Below, in pieces: positions 38,190-50,200 of a DNA stretch of 59,801 nucleotides (position 1 is the first letter of the stretch; every line of letters starts with the position of its first letter). The stretch comes from Pelomyxa schiedti. Lineage: Eukaryota; Protista; Evosea. The position numbers were made by a program, and so were the translations under genes. The notes beneath the pieces are model-generated. The model saw only the letters and a list, made by a program, of their open reading frames with translations, had not been told where the DNA came from and did not search any database. The stretch is taken from positions 1 to 59,801 of the forward strand of contig JAHLWZ010000762.1 in assembly GCA_020536535.1 (NCBI GenBank), written 5' to 3'.

Positions 38190-39340
38190 GTCAGTCTAAT
38201 TTATGGCAAATGGGAGAGATAATTTGGGCTAGTATAAAAGTCCAAGATAAGGCAAAATGGCTTGTTGCTTCATTCTTGGTTGGCTGTGTGTTTGGTTTCG
38301 CGGCATACCAAGCTACGAGCCAGCTCGACTGTATTGATGGAGGGCCTGTATGCGGACCCACGAAAAGGATAAAAAGATCAGGCACCAAGTACAGAAGACA
38401 TGAGCACTTGGCAATCCATCTGTCGAGGAACAGCCCAGTGATTGCAATGGACCGCTTGGGGAAAATCAAGGCTGACGGACTGCCATGGCTCAGGTTCCTG
38501 GATTCGGTAGTTTCAACATAAGTCCTCAGGTAGCGGATTGTGGCCTGCTGCCATCTAAAAGATAAAAATGCGATCCATTTTTCATCGTGGGTGTGAAAAA
38601 GCGAGCGCCCACTTCTTATGCGTAGCGCAAATAGGGATCTGAAGCTTCTCATCCCAATATATAACTTGCCGGTTCGTCCACTGTCACAGGTAATAATTCT
38701 GCTGTCCAAAAATGTTGTCGTGGGAAAGAGACTTCCAGCAGAGGTGCCGGGTTAGCCTTGACCTAGTGAAAAGCATAAAAACATCGCCAGACACCAATTT
38801 TGGAATGCTGCCTCCTGGTGTAATCCATCAGAACCAGTGGCTCTCCTATTGCTGCTCAACTTGTATTATTGTGTCGAAAGTTATGAAGGAAAAAAACAGA
38901 TACCTCACGCTATATGACATTGTGCTTGCCTTCCACACAACACACATGAAGTAAAGCTGAGGCTGAGGCTGAGTTCATCTGCCAGAGTGGTCCTCCTCGA
39001 AATGGGAGATCCTCGGGTTGGCTGAGGAGTGTAGTTGCATATGGACAAAAGGATAAAAATTCACCCAGGCACCAAGTACAAATGTCCGGATAGCGATCAA
39101 TCGTCCACATGCTGTACCCAAGAGGTGATTATGGAGTAATTGCAACGGACTCATCATGGCCGAAATGGAACGCCACAGGCACATGTACAACTTGGTATTT
39201 TCAGTTCAAGTCCTGTGGCCCTCCGCCAATTGAAAGATAAAAACGCAATCCATTCTTTATTGTGGGTGTACAAGGCCACAGAAACCTGCATCAGTGTCAG
39301 GAGAGGTGGCTTGTGACTTTGTTGACGCTTAATCAACTCT
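38190..39340 (-). repeat. Diverged tandem pair (~690-bp period) of the THNE-W family; decayed coding sequence
   Basis: HTHDEKWIAFLSFRWQQAT versus YTHNKEWIAFLSFNWRRAT; caggcaccaagtaca at ~38379 and ~39066. Confidence 0.75.
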
Positions 39341-40117
39341 GGTCACTGTGCTAATTTGTGGAGATCTAGGGACGATTACTTGAGAGAAGTGACAACACCT
39401 GAAGCCTTGCAAATAGCGGGATAAAGGGAAATTTCATCCTGCTCTGGCTTGAGTTTATCAAGAGACAAGAATTCTGTTGTAAGCGGCATTTGTTTATTGT
39501 AAGACTGCTTGAATATTTCCGGTGAGCTTGCGAAGTAAAGGATCTTGCGTGATATTTGGCTTTAGGCCTTCAGCATCGTGTACTTGGCGAGGAAGTTCAT
39601 AAATAATCAAATCTTTTCATCTTACATCAGCATTATACTGTCTTGAATTGCCGGTGTTTGCCTCACTGAACCTTTGATGCTCCTTTCATATGATCTGCAA
39701 TATTCAGTGGTGGAAGAAACTTTGCAGAGAGGAAGTCAAGAACAATAAACCACAGAATCTTGTGCATACATGATCCAGCTCACATTTTTCCAAAATTTTA
39801 CGTCATAATTATCCGCCTGCTCGAAACAACGAACACGTAAGGAAAAGAATAACTTTGTAGCAGATAGGACATACAGTAGAAGCGGGGAGATTAATGTACA
39901 CGCCTCGCAGGAAAGATCAAGAAGCCAACATACAAGTTCGAGGGGTTTTTTGGGAAAATTTTACAACGATCGTATCAACCCGTGTTGACTGGTACAGCAA
40001 ATATATTCTTCTCACGTTGTCAAATAAATATTTTTTTTGCTACGTATCAATGGAGCTTCGTGTCGTCACTTATTTTTTTTCCTGATCCGATCCTAGTCCC
40101 GAAATTAAAAAGCGATA

Positions 40118-43100
40118 ATGGCTAGCCACAAGGCCGACGAAGATGGTGTCGATGACGACGGCGATGGCGACGGCGATGGCGACGGCGAGCGCGGCGACGT
40201 CGATTACGAGGACGCAGAGGCGGAAGAACGAGAAGACGAAGATGAAGAATATGATGGTCACGAAGAAGAGGAGTACGATGACGACGAGGACGAAGAGGAA
40301 GAGGAGGAAGAGGAGGAAGAGGACCCTGTGTGGCAGCAGATAGTGTTGCTGTGCAAGGGGAAGCAGACGCGAGAGTCCATGAACCGCGACATGGCACTGT
40401 ACAAGTCCAAGCTCGACGACCTGACGTCCCTCGCGTCCAAGGAGCCGACGGCCGATCGCGTGGCCAAGCTGGCGGCGCTGAACGCGTCGCTGCGAGAGGT
40501 GATGAGAAACATAGAAATAGCCCCCCCGCAGCCAACGGAACAGCCGGCAGCGGTAAGCACGAAAGAAAAAACAGCGGAATCAACAAATAGGCACGGAAGC
40601 AGAAAAGGAAAAGGAAAACGAAAGGGAGCAATGGCCATCACAAAACCGGAGGTGGCTTCAGACACCAACACCACTAAAATTGGAAGCTTTGTTGATGGCT
40701 GTGAGGAAGCCTGCAGCCAATTCAGTGCCGTGATTTCCGAGTTGCAGAGGCGCTTCGATGACCTTTCCGAGTACCTTCCAAAACTTCAGCTCCAGGTGGA
40801 ATCCACCGTTCTGTCCATGCTCGATGCTCCGCCCGCTGACGCTGAGGAGCCAACTACTAATGGCGATATCTACGATATAGCCTTTACTTTCTGGAAGTAC
40901 CTGAGGGCTATTGGCCGCAGTCCAGAGGAGATATTCGCGGTGTGGCACCACAAGCAGGAGATTGTGGGAGTGGGTGTGACGGAAAAAATGAGCAAGGAAG
41001 ATCGGCACCACTATGACTTGGTGGTGGGTGCTTGTGTGACTCGCATTGCAGAGATGTTCATCTCCGAGTTCGACGAGGTCAATAATTTAGTTGCTGCTGG
41101 TGCGGGGCCATTCTTGGGCAGATTGTTTGAGATTGCCCACAGGGAATATCCCAAGAGTTCTGACGAATGGGACTTGCCTGCGTTTGGTGCAGCAACCAAC
41201 GCTCTGAAGAGGTTGATGTGGGTTCCAAATTGCAGGCACCTTTTCGTTCCGTTCGCAAGCCAATTGCAAGTCCTGCTCAACAATATACCACACCGCATTG
41301 ACCAAGAACTGCTCATATGTTGTGTGAACCTGGGGCCAGTGCTGCCACAGGTCGTAAACGAGCTCTGCGATACTTTTGTATCGAAGCTTGCACAAGGCCG
41401 ATCATTGAATTACAAGCCTCCATTTCGGTGGGTGAATGGGTGGGATGTATTGCCGCGTCAGGCTTCAAAGGATGTAGTTGAATTCCTGAAGCATTGCAAC
41501 GTCACAGCTCGTATTATCGCGGGGTTTCTCCAATTTTGCGAAAGCTTTGGATCGCAGGAAGTCTTCTCTGAGAAGATCCCTTGGCTCATGAGGAAAGTTA
41601 TTTCCAAGGTGACAAAGCTGTGTTCTGTTGATCCAGAGAATGGACACAAGGCTATTCTCCAGTTCGTTGAGGACCACATCGGAAGTGACAAGATGCTTCT
41701 CAAGGCCGTTTCGGCGTTGTTGATCATCCCAGTGATTGTCACAGGAGGTGCAGTCAATGAAAACCTCGTGATGAAGGCCATTACACTTGCCATTGCTGAT
41801 GATTCCCCTTCGCACCTTGATATTCTGCTCAGCACCAAGCAACTGTATGCGCACGTGAGCTCAAGTTCAATTGCACTTTTGCTGGAAAAGGCAATGAAAA
41901 CACACACCACCAGAGGTGAAGGGTTGTTGTATCACATGTTGAAGTTCTGTGCTGATCGAATCAAAAGGCTTCCTATTTTTTCATTTGCAGCTGCGCGATA
42001 CATAGCCCAGTACAAACAAGAACGTCAAAGGTCTTCAAGAGCTGTAAAGCAATCCCAGGAAGATCAACACCCCATCCACGTGCTTGATATTTGGTCCACC
42101 TGCATCCATTCAGTGTACCGGCACGCCTCACACTTTGAGATGAGAGTGGCCTCCCTTTCAGTGGATGTATCATCCTGCTTTGCTACTGCTTTCACAGTGC
42201 TGCTGGCATCAGAGCACCCAGGGGAGAGGACCAGAACCCTCAGTTCTGGTGCTTTCACGTGTCTATCCTCTGTGATGCAGTTGTGCTGTCAGTCATCACT
42301 GTCCATGATTGAGGATAACGAAAGTTCAGTGGTGTCTCTTTGGAGTCGCTCCCCTGACAGAAGGGCATGCATGGAGGAAGTCTTTGAGAAGTGGCGTCAA
42401 AAACCACTGATGTGGGGACCACTGCTGAAAGCAATGCTGATCAGTGAAATCCAACCCATTGCACCACCAGAGCCAAGGAAGTTGCCTCGTTTGCTTCATG
42501 GCATTCAACAAACCAATGTGGTTGTTGAGGAGAAAATCCAAGAAGTTCTGAAGTGCCCTGTGGTGACAAAGTGCTATGAGGCAGCCTTGAATTGGTTGCA
42601 GCACCCGATTGGTTCAGACATTGATGAAAGCAAAATCTGCCGACTCATTACGATGTGGCCAGGGCATTTCAAAACCCCATTCTTGTTCTGGGCAGTGGGC
42701 AGCGGAGCTTATGACACCGTTTGCAAGCTTCTCCCATTGTGTGAACCGGAGCACGTTCCGTGTTCTTGCCTTCTTTCTGCCGTTGCGCATGGCTTCCGTG
42801 ACATCGCCGATTTGCTGTGGTGCCATGGTGTGTTCATTCCTGAGTCCAAACTGAGTGAGGGCAAGGTTAGTATCAGAGCGGAACTATTTGACGCACACCA
42901 TCCGAGTGTGCGTCGATTCGTCAACCATGCTGCAACGTGGGACCCACTCAAACACCAGCTGTTCCCATGGTGGTTCAAGGTCCACATCCTCAGGACTGTT
43001 CTCCTCTGTTGGCTACGCAACACCAGCTATTCATCAGCCACAGTTCCAGCAGACGCCGGCCACCCTATTGGAGCTCTGGATGGAGAATGCAACACACCAG

Positions 43101-43174
43101 TATCCATCGGAAGGCTATCATGGGGCACCATACACCACATTCTTTCATTCCTGTCCCCTGTCCACTGGTTCTGA
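40118..43174 (+). CDS. Acidic N-terminus, alpha-helical body, ankyrin-like repeats and a C-terminal F-box/PRANC-like motif; 1018 aa, single exon
   Basis: Intact ORF. FLFWAVGSGAYDTVCKLL and LLSAVAHGFRDIADLL; ends W.P..H.LFP..F...LRTVLL...IGRLSWGTIHHILSFL. Confidence 0.85.
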   Translation: MASHKADEDGVDDDGDGDGDGDGERGDVDYEDAEAEEREDEDEEYDGHEEEEYDDDEDEEEEEEEEEEDPVWQQIVLLCKGKQTRESMNRDMALYKSKLDDLTSLASKEPTADRVAKLAALNASLREVMRNIEIAPPQPTEQPAAVSTKEKTAESTNRHGSRKGKGKRKGAMAITKPEVASDTNTTKIGSFVDGCEEACSQFSAVISELQRRFDDLSEYLPKLQLQVESTVLSMLDAPPADAEEPTTNGDIYDIAFTFWKYLRAIGRSPEEIFAVWHHKQEIVGVGVTEKMSKEDRHHYDLVVGACVTRIAEMFISEFDEVNNLVAAGAGPFLGRLFEIAHREYPKSSDEWDLPAFGAATNALKRLMWVPNCRHLFVPFASQLQVLLNNIPHRIDQELLICCVNLGPVLPQVVNELCDTFVSKLAQGRSLNYKPPFRWVNGWDVLPRQASKDVVEFLKHCNVTARIIAGFLQFCESFGSQEVFSEKIPWLMRKVISKVTKLCSVDPENGHKAILQFVEDHIGSDKMLLKAVSALLIIPVIVTGGAVNENLVMKAITLAIADDSPSHLDILLSTKQLYAHVSSSSIALLLEKAMKTHTTRGEGLLYHMLKFCADRIKRLPIFSFAAARYIAQYKQERQRSSRAVKQSQEDQHPIHVLDIWSTCIHSVYRHASHFEMRVASLSVDVSSCFATAFTVLLASEHPGERTRTLSSGAFTCLSSVMQLCCQSSLSMIEDNESSVVSLWSRSPDRRACMEEVFEKWRQKPLMWGPLLKAMLISEIQPIAPPEPRKLPRLLHGIQQTNVVVEEKIQEVLKCPVVTKCYEAALNWLQHPIGSDIDESKICRLITMWPGHFKTPFLFWAVGSGAYDTVCKLLPLCEPEHVPCSCLLSAVAHGFRDIADLLWCHGVFIPESKLSEGKVSIRAELFDAHHPSVRRFVNHAATWDPLKHQLFPWWFKVHILRTVLLCWLRNTSYSSATVPADAGHPIGALDGECNTPVSIGRLSWGTIHHILSFLSPVHWF

Positions 43175-43384
43175 ATACCAGCTTCAGCACCTAAGACTTC
43201 TAAGATAAAAAAGACTCCTATGTATTTCTACCCGGCGGAGCCTCCGAGTTGGTCAAACTACGAGAATCCTCAGGTGTGTATCCCGATTCGAGTGCCACTG
43301 TAAAGTAATTTCCCGTATCAGCGTCACATGTACTTATCAAACTAGGCAAAACAATTAGGGGAAAAACCAATTCATGAATTTTTT

Positions 43385-43445
43385 GAGAGGAAGGAAAGGA
43401 TGAAGTGGATGGTGGTTGGTGACAACCTCCCAATGAAATGCCCTG
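43385..43445 (-). repeat. Inverted ~60-bp fragment of the F-box-like terminal motif
   Basis: Reverse complement atttcattgggaggttgtcaccaaccaccatccacttcatcctttccttcctctca is nearly identical to 17574-17629. Confidence 0.85.
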
Positions 43446-43629
43446 TGCTGTTGAAGAACCGCCACACACTCGTGTGATGTGCATCAACTGGTTGATGCTA
43501 AGTGTGTTCCCCGAGGTACCCCATGTTTCCCAACTTGGCTTCAAACCAACTTGATTCCTTGCTTCCAGATATTTTTCAAAACTTGAAATACAAAATACTT
43601 TGGTGGCACGCCTGAGGTCCACGCACAAA

Positions 43630-44001
43630 ATGCAAAGGTCGAACGGGGGTGCACCGGGCACAACGGCAGGATCTACTGTTACCTTCTCGTACCCTACTTC
43701 AACAACAACACCAAGCAACGCCAACAAGCTTCCTCCCCCACAACCAAAGAAGTTGGAGGAGCCATCATGGCTGGTCCAGGAGGAACAAGGAAGAAAACTT
43801 GCGGGCTGAGCAGGAAGCGCGACGGGCAATGGAGCTGCGAAAGAAGCAAGAACTTGTAGAGTTGCAACAACAGCTGCAGAGGCAGCAAGAGCAGGAGCAG
43901 CTACAACTTAAGAGGAAGAAGGAAAAAGAGGAAGAGATGTCGCGGTACCAAGAGTTGTTGCACAAGCAGCAGCTACTGAGAGAGCAACAGGAGTTGCTGA
44001 G

Positions 44002-44086
<85 letters not shown>

Positions 44087-46836
44087 GAGTCGCAGAGGCA
44101 GCAGCAACAACAGAGGCAGAATAGTGAGGGCAATGTGTTGGGCACTAGTAGTAACAACAATGGAGGGAGTGAAGAACCTGCTTGGAGAAAGGCACTCAGG
44201 GCACGGGAAGTAAAGGCACCCACCCCTCACAAGGATATCGCAGAGAGCATCCCAGATTGTGGTTGTGGGTGCACTGTGTATAAGCAGCATATGTACAGGT
44301 CTGATACTAAAGTGTGCACAAACTGTAGCCATGTTCATGGGGAATATACTCCACCTGCACGGGTATGCTTGACATGCTCCTGCACAAGGTATTGCGAGAG
44401 TGTGGACTCCCATGTATGTACAGCTTGTGGGCATGTGCACACTGATCTTGAGGTTCCAACGGAGCGAGCTTTACTTAAGAAACACCAAGACACCGGATCT
44501 GAACAGGTGATTGCCTTTCGTCTCTATTATTGCTATTTACGAGGAACTCAGTTTGTTCACTATGGACGCTATGTTTTGACTGGAGATTTACCAGGATACA
44601 TAACGCATGGTACACCTGAGAGTCTATGGACTTGCTGTGGGAATGCAGATGTTAATGGTGATGGCTGTTGTGTTGAGCTGATTTCCAATCTATCCTGCAA
44701 GTGCACAATGTAACGAGACTACTGTGCGAAATTGCATTAATGTAGAATGAAACAGGTGTGGGCAATATTTTATTGGATGGAAGAATGGTACCTCACTAGT
44801 CCCAGTGAAGAATCAGAGGTGCAAGTTTCATCCTGGTGGCCTTACTCATAATCGTATGGGTGAAGTCAAAGCGTGCACTTTTGACAAAAAAAAGGAACCT
44901 TGGATACTTTTTCCTGGAGTTGCTGTCAACGGTCCTGGGATGCAGAGGGATGTAAAGAGCGCACCACCCACACAGCACCCAGGTCTATTGAAGGTAGTAG
45001 ATGTGGCATGGAGCCAGTTAGTACTCATTATTAATATAGGGTACACAAGAGCTTGTGCATCAAAACCCCCAGTTCTATCTCCCCAGAAGGAGCTCGAAAT
45101 ATTGCCACTCACAGTCTGTCCACAACCAATTTCTCCTCACACTGAAGCAGAATCATCCCTCACCAAGGCAATAAAAGAGACAATTGAAGAAAATAAAAGA
45201 GCAAAGGCTGAAAGAATGGCTGAAATAAAGCGGATAGAGGAAGGGATTCAACGGACCCTACAGAAGAAGCTTGCTTTGGGAATTGAGAAGTGCTGTGTTA
45301 ATAGGACATTGGTGGATGCAATTGTTCGCGGACACCGCAGATGCGCCATACATATGTGCAGAGCGAAATATTGGCGGTCAGAGATTGACGATCTAGAATA
45401 CGTCTCGAGTCTCAGGGATAATCTGACACCACTCCAGGCAGCAGTTACCAATTCACAGCTTGATGTTGTCAAGGCTCTGCTGGTAGCAGGCGCTGATATC
45501 TGGAAAAAGTCTTCACAGGTTACAACCCTCCCAGGAAATTCTCCACTAAAAAAAAACATCACAGGGTAGGACGGCACTTCTCTTGTCCAATTCATCTTCT
45601 GACATTTCCAATGAATTATGCAGGCACATGTGCTCTCTCAGTATGACTCCCACAAAACTGGCATCCAATATGATTGAGGAACTCAAGAACTTGGTTAAGG
45701 CTAACCATGCAGTCTCCACCAAGTACCTGTTGGTGGCACTTCTCAGTCTCTACAAGGGCAACAAAGAAGGCCTCAGGAGTGAATTGAAAAGCATTGCTGA
45801 TTCCCTTGCAACTGGCAGTCATGGTTCCAACCAAAGCTTGCAATTGCTTCTTGAAGTATCCCGCCCCCCTAAGCTGAAAAAAGTGAAGAGGCTTAGCTGT
45901 GCCACAGTTCCTGTATGTTTTGACACTGTTTCGTTTTCCCTCACATCCAAGGAATTCAACAGAGTTCTGCACTTACCACACGTAGTCAAACAACCAAGGA
46001 TGCATTGGATCAAGCCATTGCTACTCTTGAGACGGTGAATAATGCACTGCGTAATGCTAGCAAGATAACCATTAACGTTACGATCATCAAATCCTGAAAA
46101 AAACTTTTGTATTCTTTTCAATTCAAGCCACTACCTAAAAAAAAGTATGGTCCAACGGTGATACAGGGGGAAGTGAAACCAGGTGATCCAGTAAGTACAT
46201 CAATTTGATCTTTAGCCGTAAGGTGATCCCATCCCGGAAATTATCCAGCTGTGGAGATTTAATAGAAATCAAAAAGGGAGAATACACCTTCCCGGACTTT
46301 GTCATATTATGGTGCTCGTTTGTATTCTGTGTCTCACTGGAGCTGTGGTTCCACAGTGAAACGCTTTCTGGAGCTCAACCAGATCTTTTTGGAGTCAGAA
46401 GAAAGCTCGAGAATCCTTGTTTTGACAACGTACAAAAATAAAAACTGAAGGAGACTAACTGTAGAAACCTGGCGTAGCACTATCAGCAACGAAGTCATGG
46501 TACCAAAATGGTTCACATGAGGGAAATTTAGACAAAGAGTACGGTTTGTATGTTGCAGTGACGAAGTTGTTTTGTGTTTCATTTCTTTGGAAGTCTAGTG
46601 TTTTTAATCCACATTTCAGCAGGCTAACCTTAGGAGGCACATACGGAACTTCAAAACTGTCCCTCCAGAGCTTCTGTCAAGCTGGATCCAACTTCGACGG
46701 GTTTTTACCACTTTATTTTCTTTATTATCTGCAGAAACACAAACCTATATGTTTGGACTCCATTATCTCGCGAACGTGCAAGTGACATAATGCACGTTCA
46801 TAGGTCATCCAAGATTGTAGCCTACAATCTTTCTAA
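43630..46836 (+). CDS. PolyQ coiled-coil, 2 Cys/His zinc-ribbon repeats, 2 BTK-like zinc-finger motifs and ankyrin repeats (multi-exon; 3' end uncertain)
   Basis: CGCGC..Y...CTNCSHVH and CLTCSC..Y...CTACGHVH; WTCC...DGC; CKFHPG plus WSCCQRSWDAEGC; LTPLQAAVTNSQLDVVKALLVAGAD. Frameshift at ~43800. Confidence 0.7.
44003..44086 (+). repeat. (CAGCAA)n microsatellite (polyQ)
   Basis: About 14 hexamer units. Confidence 0.95.
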
Positions 46837-47239
46837 CGGTGAGGTGTGGAGAAAAAGAAGGAAAGGCCAAAACCTGTGATACAGCTAAGGTCTTTCTCTG
46901 CCACCCTGCCTGCTCCCCAAAGCAGGGTTCGTAACTGCAATTCTCATTAAGGAGGGGCGACTCTTATGTTCTCAACACCATACAGTAGCAGCCTAATGGC
47001 ATGTAGCCGAGGGTTATTTGGGTCAGCTGACCTGGAACTGTAACTGTGGTGTGACGAAGAGGTCCGCCCAACAAGTTTCTCTGAAGGTCAACAACAAATC
47101 ACCTTCGCAATAACCTCCTCCCAGGGGAGTACATGGATGCCTCGCGCCAGGCCCCTTCATTCTTTGTAAGCGATGTTACGAGAATACTGTAATCAAATCT
47201 GTGGAATAAAAACGAAGCGACGGGTTTTTATTCACCCGC

Positions 47240-50200
47240 ATGTCAGACGTTGTTTCTCAATTGTATGAGTTGCTTGAGCTGTGCAAGAAAAACAGTGGCA
47301 CAGACTTGACCAACAAAAAAATCGTTCTTCTTTTTGGTCCAACCGGTGCAGGTACAACTGCCCTTCAAAAACAAAATGAACACTAAAACTCATTGTCCAC
47401 AATTTCCAAAGGGAAGACACTCACTGCACACTTTCTTGCTGGACACAAGATCATTCAGAAGGAACATTCCACCACGGTATGCGGCAGAACTACTTCCATT
47501 ATGGCGCTCGACGTTGTAGAACAAGACGAGAGGCTCACGGTCGGTCACAGTAAGACTTCGCAGACAAGGAACACTACTTCAATTCCAATACCAAACAGCT
47601 CTCTCTTTGTTGTGGACTCTCCTGGGTTTGATGACAGTGCAGGCCCCCTCGTCGACGTGGCCAACATGGTTGGCCTCCATGACTGCCTCAGAGCGTGCAG
47701 TGCAGTCGTTCCAGTTCTCCTCATCAACTACAACTCCCTTCTCGCGGACCGTGGAAGGAATGTCAGGGAACTCATTAGGCTCGTTGTGCGGCTCTTCAAG
47801 TCACCAAATTGGCTCGACCACCTCTTGGTGTTCATCACCAACGTTCAAGGCCACACACTCCAGAACATCACTGGGAATTTCAACCTAATCACAGAAGCCT
47901 GCAGGCTTGACAACGAAGACCCCCAGATTGCTGAAACAGAACTCCTTGACTTCATTCTCCAAGACCTGCTTGCACATGAAAGAGGGGAGGAAGCAAACAG
48001 GGTCCTCCTTCTGGATCCCCTCGACTCATCACGTTCCCCACGAGATGATTTCATGCGCGTGCTCACTAGAGCCTCTGCCATCAGGAACCCATCTGCAGTG
48101 TTCAACATGGTGCTGACTAGGGATGCACAGGTGAAACTGCGGGAGATGCAGGGGGTGCTGGAGCAGATGTTCCAGGAATTGGTGGAGCAGGAGCACGGGT
48201 TGAAGGAGGCAAACAGGCTGCTGAGCCTGCTGCAGGAGCTGGACAAGTACACAGGGGAATACACAGGCAAGATGAAGGCAAACTGACAGTCGATCCTGAT
48301 GGCGAAGTTCACCAAGATGCAGAAGGACTCGCGGCACCACCTTGAGCAGATGCTGAAGTCACACTGTATTGATGAGGAAGGCTGTGCGTTCATACTCTCG
48401 TACCGGAACACTCTTGTTGCACTGGCCGAGGAATCCGCAGCTGAGCACTTCACTGGGATAGAGGGGATTGCTGAGTTTGACAAGTGGACAATGGTGGGGG
48501 TGGGTGGGTACTGCACGGCATCAATTGAGGAGGTGGTCGATCCGTGCCTGGCAAAGAGGGACCTATCTCAGCTCGCGGCGAAGCTGCTTTTCGTGCAGAA
48601 CCTTGGCAAGTCACTGGCAAGCAAAGACATCAGCCAGCTGTTCGAGTCTGTCTGCCAGCGAGTCATCCAGAAGATAGTCAAGGCCGCCTGCATCCCGAGC
48701 GTCGAGGAGCTACTGAGGCAGCAGGCCACCGCGGTGCTGGAGTCGCCAGGATGCCAGGTGGGAGGAGTGCCCCTGCTTGAGGTCTCCAGGAGCCTCCTCC
48801 TCCTCTCGGAAGCACAGGAAAAGCTGTACTCACTTCCGCACGTGAACGCCGTGACAGAGCTCAGGGTCCACACCCTCACGCAGCTCCAGTACATCCTCAC
48901 AAAGTCCTTCAAAGCAGTCCAGGTCGTCCCCTCAGACGTCTCGGCCTTCTCCCTCCACTTCCTCACCATAAAGATGGTTGCCAGAAACCACGACCTCTGC
49001 TCATTGCTCTCCAAGCTCGACCTGGACGTCGCTGCACAATTCAGGAAGGCTGTCCTTTCCATCAAGGATTACTGTCTTTCCTTCCTTGAGCAGGTTGGGC
49101 AGCTGACTGGCAGCAGCGAAGAGATTCAGGGCAAAGAACTAACCTGGAAAGTGGCCCAAGTCATGAGGCTGAAAGACCTTGATGAAGGCATCACATGTGA
49201 AGTTCAGAAGAAGTTTGCAATCACAATTGCCAATCTCTTGAGCTATCTTCGGGAGACCCAAAAAGTTCTGCAGGAACTTCTGACAAAGTTCCCTACTGAC
49301 TTTCGGCGTGTAAACGAGATGATAGTGCAGATAAAGAGGACATCATGGGTGGATGAGTACTTCAGCGGGTGCCCAGAAGCACTCCTCACCAAGATTTATG
49401 CTCACTTACAGGGGATTGCTGAACGAACAGAAAAAAGGATCCAGGATGCCTGGAGTGTGAGGCTCTTTGCACAGGTGGGTGTTTACTTTGAGCAGCTAGC
49501 TGCCATGCGGGTTCTGGGTTCTGTAATCCCTTCCTTTCATGAAATTGAGGAAAGATGCTCTATTCATGCTATAACTCAGATAAAGGAACTGTGCAATTCG
49601 TTGTCTCAGGGGGACTTGGACTTCAGGAAAACAAGCCATGGTTTTCTTGACATGATGGAGATTGAGAAGTTGTGCACCACCAACGATCAACTTATGATTG
49701 CCAGAACACTCACAAAGGAGTGCAAGGATGCGCTTTTTATTCAGTTGGGAGATAAGATGGAGGTGATGCTTCAAAATCTGGGGCTATTGGAAACTCCAGT
49801 GCCAGAAAAAATCAAAATATTGAAAACGTGCAAGTGGGCCATTGCACAGCAACACCTTCAGAGTATCTGCACATTGGAACAGGTATTGCTCTCTCTCCAC
49901 ACCATATTCAACACCATCATGAGCAGAATTACAAGCTTGGACACACCGGAAACAGAGGCACAAGAACTGCTTTCACTGGCAGCCGAACACATGGTATTGG
50001 GCATTTACGTTCCGGAAGTTCGCCAGTGGGTTGAGGAGTGCCGCTCGCGGCTCGTGATTTCTCTGTTCAATAAGCGAGATGCCGAAGGCGTGCAAAGAGA
50101 GCTCCTGAAGCTCAAAAAGGAGTTTGGCAAAAGTGTCCATCATCAACGGATTCTTGACCTGACTGGAGCCTTCAACAAACTGTGTGCGGATAGGGCAAGC

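Noticed and set aside
48284-48286. Selenocysteine codon
   Set aside because: The position is in a helical, non-redox context and no SECIS could be identified by eye.
48247-48289. GT...CTGACAG intron removing the internal TGA
   Set aside because: It is 43 nt long with incompatible phases and would frameshift the downstream 1076-aa ORF.
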